Shown here: piece by piece, positions 1-12,503 of the stretch
Layout of the letters: every line of letters starts with the position of its first letter
How positions within the stretch are numbered: position 1 is the stretch's first letter
NCBI GenBank assembly: GCA_012295275.1
Contig: CM022668.1
Span: forward strand, 2,666,001 to 2,730,000
DNA length: 64,000 nt
From: Chrysomallon squamiferum
Lineage: Eukaryota > Animalia > Mollusca
Reading direction: 5' to 3'
Notes under the pieces: generated by a model
The model's input: only the letters and a program-made list of their open reading frames with translations
Told to the model about the DNA's origin: nothing
The model's database searches: none
Position numbers and translations under genes: made by a program

Positions 1-1234
1 CTTTTCCACAGGGGACGTAGCAAGTTTATCTCACACTCAGCTTATTAAATATCAGAATCTATTACACACATCTCTACAACATCAATATGATCTAGCAGAT
101 CATTAATCTGTAGTTTATGATGGAGGAAGTCTATGACTTTGTTGTGGTGTTTATTGGATAATGTAGTTAATTGTGTTAATTCATACCAAGCTGTGGAATA
201 GAAGTCGTATTATTCATCGTTTGGTTATATTTCCAAGTCTCACTTGTCAAGGTTGTGATTTTGTTTTTTCATGGATTTTATGAAGTTGTGATTTTGTTTT
301 TTTTTGCTTTTGCCATCTTCTGGGTTTAGAATATTTGTGAGATTCTTATTTTACAAAAACAGTTTTCAAGATGTTGTGAATATTACTTTACTACATTGCT
401 GGGTTTTTTTTAATTTTAATTTAAAACATTATTTTAACACTTTTTGTGATTTAATATATGCCTCTAAATTGTGTGATTGTTTTTTAAATTTAAATATTTT
501 ACTTTTTTAAAAAAATGTTTTAATCTACTGGACTATATCACTAAATAATTACAGATCTGTGAAAACTAAAAACATTTTGAGATTTTCTAAAGTTTTGTTT
601 CATTCAGAGTTGAGATTTTGTGTTTATCAATCTGAATTACTGGGATTGAAGTGAAAACAAAATTAAATTTTAAAACCTGAAATAAAAACATTGATAATTT
701 TGTTTTATTAAAAAAAAAAGAAAAAAGGTTACAATAAAGAGATTTAAAAAAAAATCTGAACTAATTAAATAATTATAATTATTCTTTAATGGTTTCTTGG
801 GTTGTTTTTTTTTGTTATTATTATTTAAAAGTTTTTTCTTTCTAAATTAAGTAAATAAATAAGAAAATAAATTAAGTTAATATAAATAAAATATTAAATA
901 AATAGATAAATAAAATAAAATATATAAAAAAAAAAAAAAAAAGTAAAGAAAAGAAAAGAAAAAAAAAAAAAAAAAAAGAAGATAAAATTAATAACACGAA
1001 GAACAGAAGAACAGGAAGAAGAAAAAGAAGAAGATTTACAAAATCTTTTCTTCATTTCCTTACAACCAGCATCAATCAGACCCCAGGAGATAAGAAATAA
1101 AACTCTTTTGAAGAGTTCTAATTAACAAAGTCTGTGGGAGCCCAAGTCTGTGGGAGGAACAGGAGAGAGGGGGGGGCTTACCTCACAGTGATATTCAATA
1201 CCCCTCCCCCGCGGGAACTCCGGGTGCCCCCCCA

Positions 1235-1250
1235 CCACCAGGGGGCGCTG
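1235..1250 (+). promoter_or_regulatory. CTCF consensus site CCACCAGGGGGCGCTG
   Basis: Matches the canonical CTCF core motif, in the only strongly GC-rich patch of the region. Confidence 0.6.
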
Positions 1251-1254
1251 TGCA

Positions 1255-1347
1255 ATGAAAGACATGTCTCTGCTGTGTAACGGATGTGTCCAACAGCAGG
1301 CGAAGTCTCCAGATGTGGAGCTCGGAGATTTCTCCTCCTCCAGAATG
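1255..1347 (+). CDS. Candidate alternative 5' coding exon of tensin (MKDMSLLCNGCVQQQAKSPDVELGDFSSSRM)
   Basis: GC-rich island, ATG at 1255, 31 codons, strong ATG|gtaagc donor in phase 0. A 52-nt intron (1348-1399) would join it in frame to 1400-1453. Confidence 0.4.
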
Positions 1348-1429
1348 GTAAGCATTTCAAAACTCGCCCGATTCAATTCGGATTACTGGCTTTTTTCAGT
1401 CATGTTTCCTGCGTCCATTTTCTGAAACA

Positions 1430-1453
1430 ATGGGAGGTGCCACAACAAAGCCT
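1430..1453 (+). CDS. Candidate alternative start MGGATTKP (N-myristoylation signal); exon may extend to acceptor at 1399
   Basis: AACA-ATG-G start context, strong CCT|gtaagt donor, phase 0 matching downstream tensin exons. Confidence 0.5.
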
Positions 1454-4370
1454 GTAAGTAGGTTTCTCTCATAGAAAACAAAAAACTTCTTGTAAAGTTT
1501 ATTTTGTACAACAGGAGCTTTAAAGTAGTTTGATACATACTGAAAATGACAATGTGTTTCTGATTGTTTTTAATGGGAGGAACTATGATGAAATCAGGTA
1601 ATAGGTTTATCTATTTAAAAAAAAAGAAGGTGGTCGTTTTATTTTATTTTTTAAAACTCATCAAAGTTTTGTTTTTGTTTTAAAAAAATAGGAGGGATTT
1701 GTTTATTTTATACTGAAGCTCAGAATTTTGTTTAGAAAATCACATCAAAAGCTAGGTAGAGCTACTTAAAGAATAAAATATTTCTTATAAACTTCAGAAG
1801 TTTGTTTATTTTAAATAGCAAGAATCTTAAAGTAGGTTTACATATATATTATTAAAAAATCACAATTTACCTTTGTAGTTTTTTTCAATAGAAAAACTAT
1901 AATGAAATGTAGAAGCAGATTAATCTATTAAAAAAGTATATATATGTATATCAAAATATTTATCAAAATTTGGGTGTGTACTTAAAATTATTTTTCATAA
2001 AAACTTCACAATTTTGTTTATTTTGAATGTGACAAACCAAATGGATCCTAGAAGTATGTTTATATTTAAAAAAATTAATTTTATACTTTGGTTTCTTCTT
2101 AACAAAAAAAATGTTTACTTTTAAAATTTTATTATTTTGTTTATTTTTAATAGAAGAACCACCCATACTGAAATCTGATAATAGCTGTCTGTTCATATGT
2201 GTGTATTTGTGTGTGTGTGTTTCTGTGTGTGTGTGTCTGTGTGTGTGTGTGTGTGTGTGTTCTTGTGCGTGTGTGTGTGTGTGTATCTTTGTATAATTTT
2301 AACAAGAGGAACCATATTTGAACCTAGAAGCAGATTTACATTTAAATGTTTATTTTTTGTGATTGTGATCAAGGAAAATGGGTAAATATCTACACCTGTA
2401 AAACAGATTTATTTATAAATTTTTGAAAAACTTTATATAAACTTTGCCTTTCATTTAAATGGAAGAATTTACTTCAAAATGTAAAAGGAGGTTTACATAC
2501 AAACTTTATAAACTTTATTTTTATTTTTATTTCTGTGAAAGGAAAATAAAGAAGATCTAATTTAAGGCAGTTTTCAAACAGTTTTTGCACTTCAGAAGAC
2601 AAAAATGTGACAGTATGAATTTTTGGTTATTAGATTATTGAAAATATTTTATGAGGAAAAGCTTTTATTTTTTTTTATTTTTTTTTAAAACAGCTAAAAA
2701 TGACAAAAAACTAAATGAAGAAACAAGAATGATTATGATTAAAATCAGTTTAACATTTTTAAATTAAGTTGCAGTAGTCTTAATTTAGTTTTTATCTGAA
2801 TAATTTAGACAAATATAAACAGTGGGATGATTATGTTAATAAGAATAGTAATAATAATAACTATAATAACAATAATTAATAATAATAATAATAATAACTG
2901 TATAACAAATCTAATAACAAAAACATGATAAAATCAGAAATAATACAAACTGATATATTATGATGTATAATTATGATATAGTATACACATTATTTCTTGT
3001 ATTCTAAATAAATATACTTTCCATATAGATTCTATATAATTATGATATAAAACCAGTTATTTGTTGCATATTTTAAATAAATACAATAAAAAGTATACAA
3101 TACATACAAGACAGGTAATACATATAATTATGACAGAAGACTACTCATTTATATCAGTTCTCTGTTATCAGTTTCACTAAGTATGAAATACAGTCTGTAT
3201 TCAACCCCATTCATCTCTTTTTTCTGTATCAAACACACAAAACTCAGCTGGATGTTTAGTGTTTTAGTAACCATGAAATTCAGGTGTTTGCAAAATCACT
3301 CAGGGAAGAAGTAAAAGATTATTATTAAATTCAAGCTTTGTGCTTTTCTTTGAAAGATGATTTTCCACTTGTAGCTAGAAATACTCTTTTTTTGTTTGAT
3401 TTTTTTTCTTCTTCTTTTTCTTAATTTTCTTTCGTTTTTTCCTTTCTTCTGTTTTTATGGGGTTTTTGTAACTACAATTTTTTTTTTTTAATTTCTTTTT
3501 ATTTTTTTTTTTTTCTGATTTGTTTATTTATTTATTTTAAAGTATTACCATTACTATTACTATTACTATTACTATGTGTACTACTAGTACTACTACTACT
3601 ACAATTACTACAACAGTATCTACTACTACTATTACCATTTGTACAACTACTATTTTTTCTTTTATCATCATCATCATCATTTATTATGATTATGATTATG
3701 TTATTTATTATTATTATTATCATCATCATTATTATTGTTGTTATTATTATTATTGTTGTTGGTATTTTAGATATCATGACTAAAACATATCATTTAAGAA
3801 CAATTCTTTTCTAAAACAAAAATAATTTTTTGACTTACTGCAAAATGAATACTTTGGCAATGAAAACGCGATTACAGTAATTCAGTTTAATCTTTTCAGT
3901 GATGTTTTTATTAACTGAGAATTCCGTGTGTTGTATCTGTCTGACAAGATCTATGTTTTGTGGCCATGACCTTGTCATTTGGTTAGTGTCACATGACACA
4001 CTGAGTGACATTATCTGGGTCACACAATCTGCACAGGCCAGGTGATGAATTTACAAGTCAGCACACTTGAAAACAACAATTAATAAAAAACTACACTAGA
4101 TTGATGATGTGAAGAACACAAGAAATCTCTTTGTTTAGTAAAAACACAAATGTTGGTTTTTTTTCTTCTTTTTTTTTTTTCTGGGTTTTTGTGGTTTCTT
4201 GATCACCATAATTGAACCATTTAGCAGTTTCTCTTTCTCTCTCTTTCTCTCTCTTGTTCTTGTTTTTTTTATTGCTTTCTTTTTCTCTTTCATTTTTCTC
4301 TCTCTCTTAACTTTCATGCACATCTCTTTTTCTTTCTTACTTTCTCTCTCACTAACTTTGTGATTCTGCT

Positions 4371-4545
<175 letters not shown>

Positions 4546-5124
4546 AGTTAATATTACAAGAATATCTGTTTGTATGTATGTATGTGTATGTGTATGAGTG
4601 TTAATCTGGGTGTTTGTGTTTACACAACTCTAAATCTCACACAGATAAATTATCATATTTATTTCCTTTCCAGATTACAGTATTTTTTTTAAAAAATTTT
4701 AAAAATTTAAAATTTTTTAATTTTATTTAATTTTTTTTACCCATTGATGAATCAATTAACAGTAAAACACACCACTGTTCTGGTTGCATCCTTCACATTC
4801 TGGAAAAAAAAAAATTAAAAAATAAAATAAAATAATCTTCTTTTTATCTTCCTGGCCTTTTTTTTATCATTTGTTTCCCCCTAATCAAACTGGCCGGGCC
4901 ATTACACAGAGCTGCTTCCCATCAAGCTGATTGCATTCCACGCAAACTGAATTACACAGGCCGGAATCATCCGCTTTGATGTCGGAGGGAGTAAAAACAG
5001 AAAAGAAACGAAGAGAGTCACTCAAGGGAATTAACTCACTGACTTTGATTATCTGGTTAAATGTTTCTGTGTAATGTTGTTAATCTGTGACTGTTGGATA
5101 ATGTAGAAAACGATATTATTATTG

Positions 5125-5165
<41 letters not shown>

Positions 5166-5507
5166 TATAGAAATGGTTTGCAAATATTATTTGCAGTAGT
5201 AGCAGAAATGTAAAATCAACAATGGATGGGATATACAGATATGCAAATATACAAACAGATAAATAGACAGATGGATTGATAGATGAACAGACAGACAGAC
5301 AGACAGACAGACAGGTGTATGGAAAAATAAAATTAATCAACACTCCGACACAGATGGATTCCTAGATGAAAACTACAGACAGAGAGGTGTATGGAAAACT
5401 AAGACTAATCAACACTTTGCTACTATTACTACTACTACTTTACTACTATTACTAGTAGTAATAGTACTTCTACTACTATTGCCACTACTACTGCTACTAC
5501 AGTTATT

Positions 5508-5541
<34 letters not shown>

Positions 5542-6142
5542 GCGTCATTATTTGCATTACAGGTACATTGCAACATGAAACTTACCTGAACTAACAATAG
5601 CAATTACCTTCAAGATACCCTTTGAAGTGATACACCTTCTGATTACTTTTCTTACAGTAGTTTGAACCAGGTTTGTTTAACTTGCACGGTTCATTGACTC
5701 TCCTGGACAAGACCACGACCCAGCTGTTTATCAAACCATTCACCTGAAGTGGTTTACATACAAACCACTTGAGACCACAAGAGAAGATCTGTATTGATGT
5801 TTATTATATACCTGAGTGTGAGTGTGTGTGTGTGAGTGTGTGTGTGTGTGTGAGGTGTCAATGTTGAGTAATATCAGTTTTGTACTCACGTGAAATGACC
5901 ATGCAGATCTGTGCCTTTTGTGTGTCTATGGGATAAAAAGGAAAAAATGGGGAGTTGGAAAGGGAAAAAAGGGGGAGAGTTGGAAAAAAAGGGGAGAGAG
6001 ACAGAAGGAGAAAGAAAGAATGGTGGAAAGAAAAAGAGAGAAAGTAACAAATACAGACAGAAAAAGGGACAGACATTCACTTGGAAAGAAAGTAGAAAAG
6101 ATGAAATTAATTTGGGAGAGAGAAATAAATACAGAGACAGAG

Positions 6143-6205
<63 letters not shown>

Positions 6206-6714
6206 TAGAATGAGAGATAAAGAGATGGAGAAAGTCAGAAAGAGAGAGAGAGAAAGAAAGAAAACCAGATACAGATAAAGAGAAAACTGGAGAAAGATTA
6301 TTAGGACACAAGCTAGAGAGAGAAAGAATATTCCTGGATAAATGCAAACACTGAGAAGTTTGTGCTGTGAAGAACATCTGCACAGTGACTGAAACCTGTA
6401 ATTTATGTTGTGTCTACAGTTGTGACAAGCTGATGAACTTTAATCTTTAATCCCTTCAACTGCTGTTAATGGATCCACTAAAATAACCTCGTAAACAAAT
6501 TTAATGTTTTGCAGTATCTTCTAATCTTCTTTTCCACTGATTAAAAAAAATAATAAAAAAATAACAAAAATAGTTTTCAAGGTCGTTTTACAGAAATAAG
6601 GTCAGGTGTAGTGTTTGACTTGACTTGTTGTTTTTAAATTGAAATTAGGCCAATATACTGAGAGAGGGAGAGGGAGAGGGAGAGAGAGAGAGAGAGAGAG
6701 GAGAGGGAGAGGGA

Positions 6715-6775
<61 letters not shown>

Positions 6776-8835
6776 ATTTATATATATATATACATAAAAC
6801 ATTTTATCATTACTTTTCAGAATAGTTAATGGAAATTTGAGAAGAAAAAAAATTGTTCATATTTATAGAATATTTACAAATAACAAACAAAAATGTAAAC
6901 ACCCTTTTTTTTTTTTTTTTTTTTAAACAATGTACTTGAGTTTTGTTTCTTACCTGAATGGCTAACACATAACAGATATACCACACCTCAATAGTCTGCC
7001 ATAGTGAGTGCATATCTCAAACCTCTTTATCATATCTCTGCTAGACTCGCTCAAGTCAGTTACACTTATCTAACTTTAATAATTAAATTCATACATGTAC
7101 ACATGCACATACGTACATATACACTTAAATACACACACACATACATATGCATACAAACATACATATAAATATACACACAGGCACACACACATATATAGAC
7201 ACAAAAATACATTCAAACTTACATACACATGTATAAAAACATTTTCACACTAATGCATAAACTTAAATAGATATACATACATACATACATACACATAGAC
7301 AGACAAACACTTAGAAACACACTTACATAAACACACTCACACATCCTATAAACCTAGACACTTTTTTTTTTACTTTATCCTAAACTTACTCACTTACTAA
7401 TCAATATCAAAACTTGGCCAATATTCATAACTAAAATCAATTATTTATAAACTGATTCCTAATGCAGAATCATAGTAACATGTGTCAAGTTACTGAATGT
7501 GAGATGTGTGATATTCCTGGTTGTGATATGTGATATTCCTGGTTGTGATATACACAGAGTATTACACTACTTGGTCCAACCTCTGTGTTTCATTGGTTCA
7601 TTGTTCAGCCAATGTGAAACACTTTCCTAGTTTAACCTGTGCAGTGTTTGATTGTTTTATTAATAGTAAATAAGTTGTCATTTTAGTTGTTGTGACATTG
7701 TAGTTTTGATACAGTAACAAAAATGATTTGTGGTAATAATCAGGAAGTGACAGAGAGAGAGAGTGCAGAGAGTGACAGAGATATAGAGTGCATCATATAG
7801 AGAGAGACTAACAGAAAGCAAAAGAGAGATAGAGATAGAGAGATAGAGTGAGAGAGAGAGAGAGAGCTTTATTAGAATTCATTAAAATGTTCATGTTAAA
7901 ACATTAATATTATGTGACTAACAGAAAGCAAAATACAGAGAGAGATGTATTGTCACAGATATATGAATGTGTGTATGTGTATTTGTATGTATGCACATCT
8001 ATCAGTGTTTTTGTGTATGCCTGTGTGAGAGAGAGAATATGAAAGTGCATGTATATAAAAATGTGTGTATGTGCTTGCACAAGTACTCACCTAGCTATTA
8101 TTACAAAAATTCCATGCTTGAACGAGATGTTTTAACAATAAGGTATCAATCTAACTCGAATGAAACATTTTTTAACCTGAACAATAAAACAAGTGTGTGA
8201 TTGTGAATTCGGTGCACAAGGACATTTCACTAACACAGATAAACGGTTTTAGTAACCTGATACTCGCTCACTACTCACGGGGTGGAGTGGGGGTTCTCGC
8301 AGTCTTGTGACAGAACCAGCAGAACAGAGCGACATCTCGACTGTGACCTAGATTCAGTGAGGCGTGGCGCGTATTACACGTATAGCCGTGACATACGAAC
8401 GTGTGCCAACACGACATCTGTGTTGTGAGTATGGAGTGATTGTTTCAGTTCTTTAAATTACCTGTCACTGTTACCTGCACAGCAAAAAGTGTTTTTGAAA
8501 AAAAGAACAAAAAAAAAAACAAAAAAAAGTTTGAAGGGAAAGGTGTGTGTCGTACCTGCATGTTACCTGACAGGTATTTGTCATTGTCTGTTGTTAAATT
8601 TGTCACGGTTTTGTCACACAGGTAGCAATGTGCTAACCTGTGAGGCTTATGTAGGTAACAATTGGTTTACCTTTTAGTCTTGTACAGGTAAATCTCTTTA
8701 CCTGGCTGTAATAATTATCCAGCCTGTGAGTCTCGTACAGGTAACAATCTGCTTTAATGTTATTTTTTTATATACATAATAATTTACTTACCTGTTTAAC
8801 TAGCTTAGAAAACAATCTGCTTATCATATTTTTTT

Positions 8836-9200
8836 ATATAGATAGCAATAAGGTTATATGTAGTTTTATATAGATAACAGTAAGGTTATATGTAGTTTTA
8901 TATAGATAACAATAAGGTTATATATAGTTTTATATAGATAACAATAAGGTTATATATAGTTTTATATAGATAACAATAAGGTTATATATAGTTTGATATA
9001 GATGACAATAAGGTTATATATAGTTTTATATAGATGACAATAAGGTTATATATAGTTTTATATAGATGACAATAAGATTATATGTAGTTTTATATAGATG
9101 ATAATAAGGTTATATGTTGTTTTATATAGATGACAATAAGGTTATATATAGTTTTATATAGATAACAAGGCTATATATACTTTAATTTAGATAAAAATAA
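8836..9200. repeat. ~31-bp minisatellite (gataacaataaggttatatatagttttatata)
   Basis: About 11 direct tandem copies. Confidence 0.9.
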
Positions 9201-9620
9201 GGTGATAACATAATAATATGTATGAAATTCCTGGTTGTGTAGATAACAATAAGGTTATTGTTGTACAGGTAATATGAAACTTACCTTTTTGTAATAAGGT
9301 GAAAATCTGCTTACCTGTGAGTTTCATGAAGGTAACAGTTGTCTTACCTTGTGTCACTAACAACCACTCATCTACCTGTCACTCAGGTAACAATCTGCTC
9401 ACCTGGTAATCTTGTAACATGCATGTCTGTGTTTGATGTTTACATGCATGTATGCTTATGTTTAAAAATTCATTCCAAATGTTGGATTTCACTTAAATGT
9501 TTGTTTATTTTATAAAAATGCTAATGATGATTTCAAATTAAACATTTTTCACTACATTAGAATTACTGTGATTGCAATTATTTCACTGTTGTTAAAACTA
9601 AGGAAACAGACTTGTGTAAA

Positions 9621-9677
9621 TGTGCCATGGTTAAGCTGTTGGTTTCATGATCATTAGGTTGTGGGTTCTACTCCCAG
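9621..9677 (+). mobile_element. Possible decayed tRNA-derived SINE head
   Basis: A-box-like tggttaag and B-box-like gggttctactccc at tRNA-like spacing; no intact cloverleaf. Confidence 0.3.
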
Positions 9678-9765
9678 TAATAGCCATTTCCTAAAAAGGA
9701 TATTTACAAATGTACATATATAAATATTTGAATGTAAATTTTTCCTTACACACACATATGAACAG

Positions 9766-9799
<34 letters not shown>

Positions 9800-9800
9800 G

Positions 9801-9834
<34 letters not shown>

Positions 9835-9912
9835 AATATATATGTGTGTATATATATGTATATATACTTATCTATCTATATTTATCTATCTCTCTGTCTG
9901 TCTGTCTGTCTC

Positions 9913-9945
<33 letters not shown>

Positions 9946-10230
9946 ATATATAGATAGAGAGATACATACACACCCATGAGAGGTGAAGAAACTAAAAATA
10001 AGAAGTGTGGTGAGAACTACACTTTTATGACACGTTACAGTGTGGGAAAGTGTCATACAAGATTTTATTACACGTGTAGTAATAATACAGGTATCGTAAT
10101 CATCTGCATGGTCTCCCCTTAAAAGACTCTTGTGAAAGGGAGGCTCTGAGGTAGGTTACGGTTGAGTAAGTGAACAAAGCGTTGTGTGTGTGTGTGTGTG
10201 AACCTGGTAGGTCAGGTGTTGAATACAGGC

Positions 10231-11968
10231 GGTAATACACAGGAGTGGAAGTGAGTGGGAAGAGTTAATCCTGACTGCACATGTCAAGTCAGCGCTGTAC
10301 TTCAGTCAGCTCTGTACTTCAGTCAGCTAGGTAATACACAGGAGTGGAAGTGAGTGGGAAGAGTTAATCCTGACTGCACATGTCAAGTCAGCGCTGTACT
10401 TCAGTCAGCTAGGTAATACACAGGAGTGGAAGTGAGTGGGAAGAGTTAATCCTGACTGCACATGTCAAGTCAGCGCTGTACTTCAGTCAGCTCTGTACTT
10501 CAGTCAGCTAGGTAATACACAGGAGTGGAAGTGAGTGGGAAGAGTTAATCCTGACTGCACATGTCAAGTCAGCTGTACTTCAGTCAGCTAGGTAATACAC
10601 AGGGAGTGGAAGTGAGTGGGAAGAGTTAATCCTGACTGCACATGTCAAGTCAGCTGTACTTCAGTCAGCTAGGTAATACACAGGAGTGGAAGTGAGTGGG
10701 AAGAGTTAATCCTGACTGCACATGTCAAGTCAGCGCTGTACTTCAGTCAGCTAGGTAATACACAGGAGTGGAAGTGAGTGGGAAGAGTTAATCCTGACTG
10801 CACATGTCAAGTCAGCGCTGTACTTCAGTCACTGCTGTACTTCAGTCAGCTAGGTAATACACAGGAGTGGAAGTGAGTGGGAAGAGTTAATCCTGACTGC
10901 ACATGTCAAGTCAGTGCTGTACTTCAGTCACTGCTGTACTTCAGTCAGCTAGGTAATACACAGGAGTGGAAGTGAGTGGGAAGAGTTAATCCTGACTGCA
11001 CATGTCAAGTCAGTGCTGTACTTCAGTCACTGCTGTACTTCAGTCAGCTAGGTAATACACAGGAGTGGAAGTGAGTGGGAAGAGTTAATCCTGACTGCAC
11101 ATGTCAAGTCAGTGCTGTACTTCAGTCAGCTCTGTACTTCAGTCAGCACTGTACTTCAGTCACTGCTGTACTTCAGTCAGCTAGGTAATACACAGGAGTG
11201 GAAGTGAGTGGGAAGAGTTAATCCTGACTGCACATGTCAAGTCAGTGCTGTACTTCAGTCAGCTCTGTACTTCAGTCAGCACTGTACTTCAGTCACTGCT
11301 GTACTTCAGTCAGCTAGGTAATACACAGGAGTGGAAGTGAGTGGGAAGAGTTAATCCTGACTGCACATGTCAAGTCAGTGCTGTACTTCAGTCAGCTCTG
11401 TACTTCAGTCAGCACTGTACTTCAGTCACTGCTGTACTTCAGTCAGCTAGGTAATACACAGGAGTGGAAGTGAGTGGGAAGAGTTAATCCTGACTGCACA
11501 TGTCAAGTCAGTGCTGTACTTCAGTCAGCTCTGTACTTCAGTCAGCACTGTACTTCAGTCACTGCTGTACTTCAGTCAGCTAGGTAATACACAGGAGTGG
11601 ATGTGAGTGGGAAGAGTTAATCCTGACTGCACATGTCAAGTCAGCGCTGTACTTCAGTCACTGCTGTACTTCAGTCAGCTGTGTACTTCAGTCACCTCTG
11701 TACTTCACTCAGCACTGTACTTCAGTCAACACTGTACTTCAGTCAGCTGTGCACTTCAGTCAGCTGTGTATTTCAGACAGCTGTGTACTTCAGTCAGCAC
11801 TGTATTCAGTCAGCTGTGTACTTCAGTCACCTCTGTACTTCATTCAGCACTGCACTTCAGTCAGCTGTGTATTTCAGACAGCTGTGTATTTCAGACAGCT
11901 GTGTATTTCAGACAGCTGTGTATTTCAGACAGCTGTGTATTTCAGACAGCTGTGTACTTCAGTCAGCA
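10231..11968. repeat. Hierarchical satellite: 14 units of a ~65-bp constant block plus 1, 2 or 4 copies of a 17-bp subunit, ending in a 17-mer array
   Basis: Unit starts at about 10231, 10330, 10412, 10511, 10591, 10672, 10754, 10853, 10952, 11051, 11184, 11317, 11450 and 11583; periods of about 82, 99 and 133 bp. Confidence 0.95.
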
Positions 11969-12039
11969 GCTTCTGCTTGACAAAAGACAAATTAAAGAGA
12001 GATAATTACTCACGTGAATAGAGTGTGTAATTTCACGTG

Positions 12040-12078
<39 letters not shown>

Positions 12079-12084
<6 letters not shown>

Positions 12085-12208
12085 GAATACAGACACACTG
12101 CAATGATTTTATAAAGTTTAACTGACACCCAAACTGAATACAGACACACTGCAATGATTTTATAAAGTTTAACTGACACCCAAACTGAATACAGACACAC
12201 TGCAATGA
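12079..12208. repeat. 51-bp tandem repeat, ~2.5 copies
   Basis: caaactgaatacagacacactgcaatgattttataaagtttaactgacacc repeated. Confidence 0.9.
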
Positions 12209-12457
12209 TGATTTTATGCATGAGAGGATTTTGTAACGTTTGTACCAGTGTAGTTTATGTTAAAGTTGTTTTTTATCGTGTAACATACATACATGTTTTT
12301 CAAGTGTTTGTCAAGGTTGGTTACCTTGACTGAAGTGCCTGGGAAAGTGAAACTGTCTGTTTTCATTCACACACCCACACACACACGTGTTTACACGTAG
12401 ACAGTTTCATCAAAATGAGATAAAGATAAAAAGTCTGTATGTCTGTTTTAGCTGTTT

Positions 12458-12503
<46 letters not shown>

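Noticed and set aside
1122-1376. Minus-strand 84-aa ORF with a GAG|gtaag donor near 1182
   Set aside because: No recognisable homology and no partner exons seen; the + strand reading fits the tensin phases better. An antisense exon is not strictly excluded.
9621-9677. tRNA gene
   Set aside because: No acceptor stem or complete cloverleaf; at best a SINE remnant.
10231-11968. CRISPR-like repeat/spacer appearance
   Set aside because: The intervening segments are copies of one 17-mer rather than unique spacers; no cas genes; eukaryotic intron.
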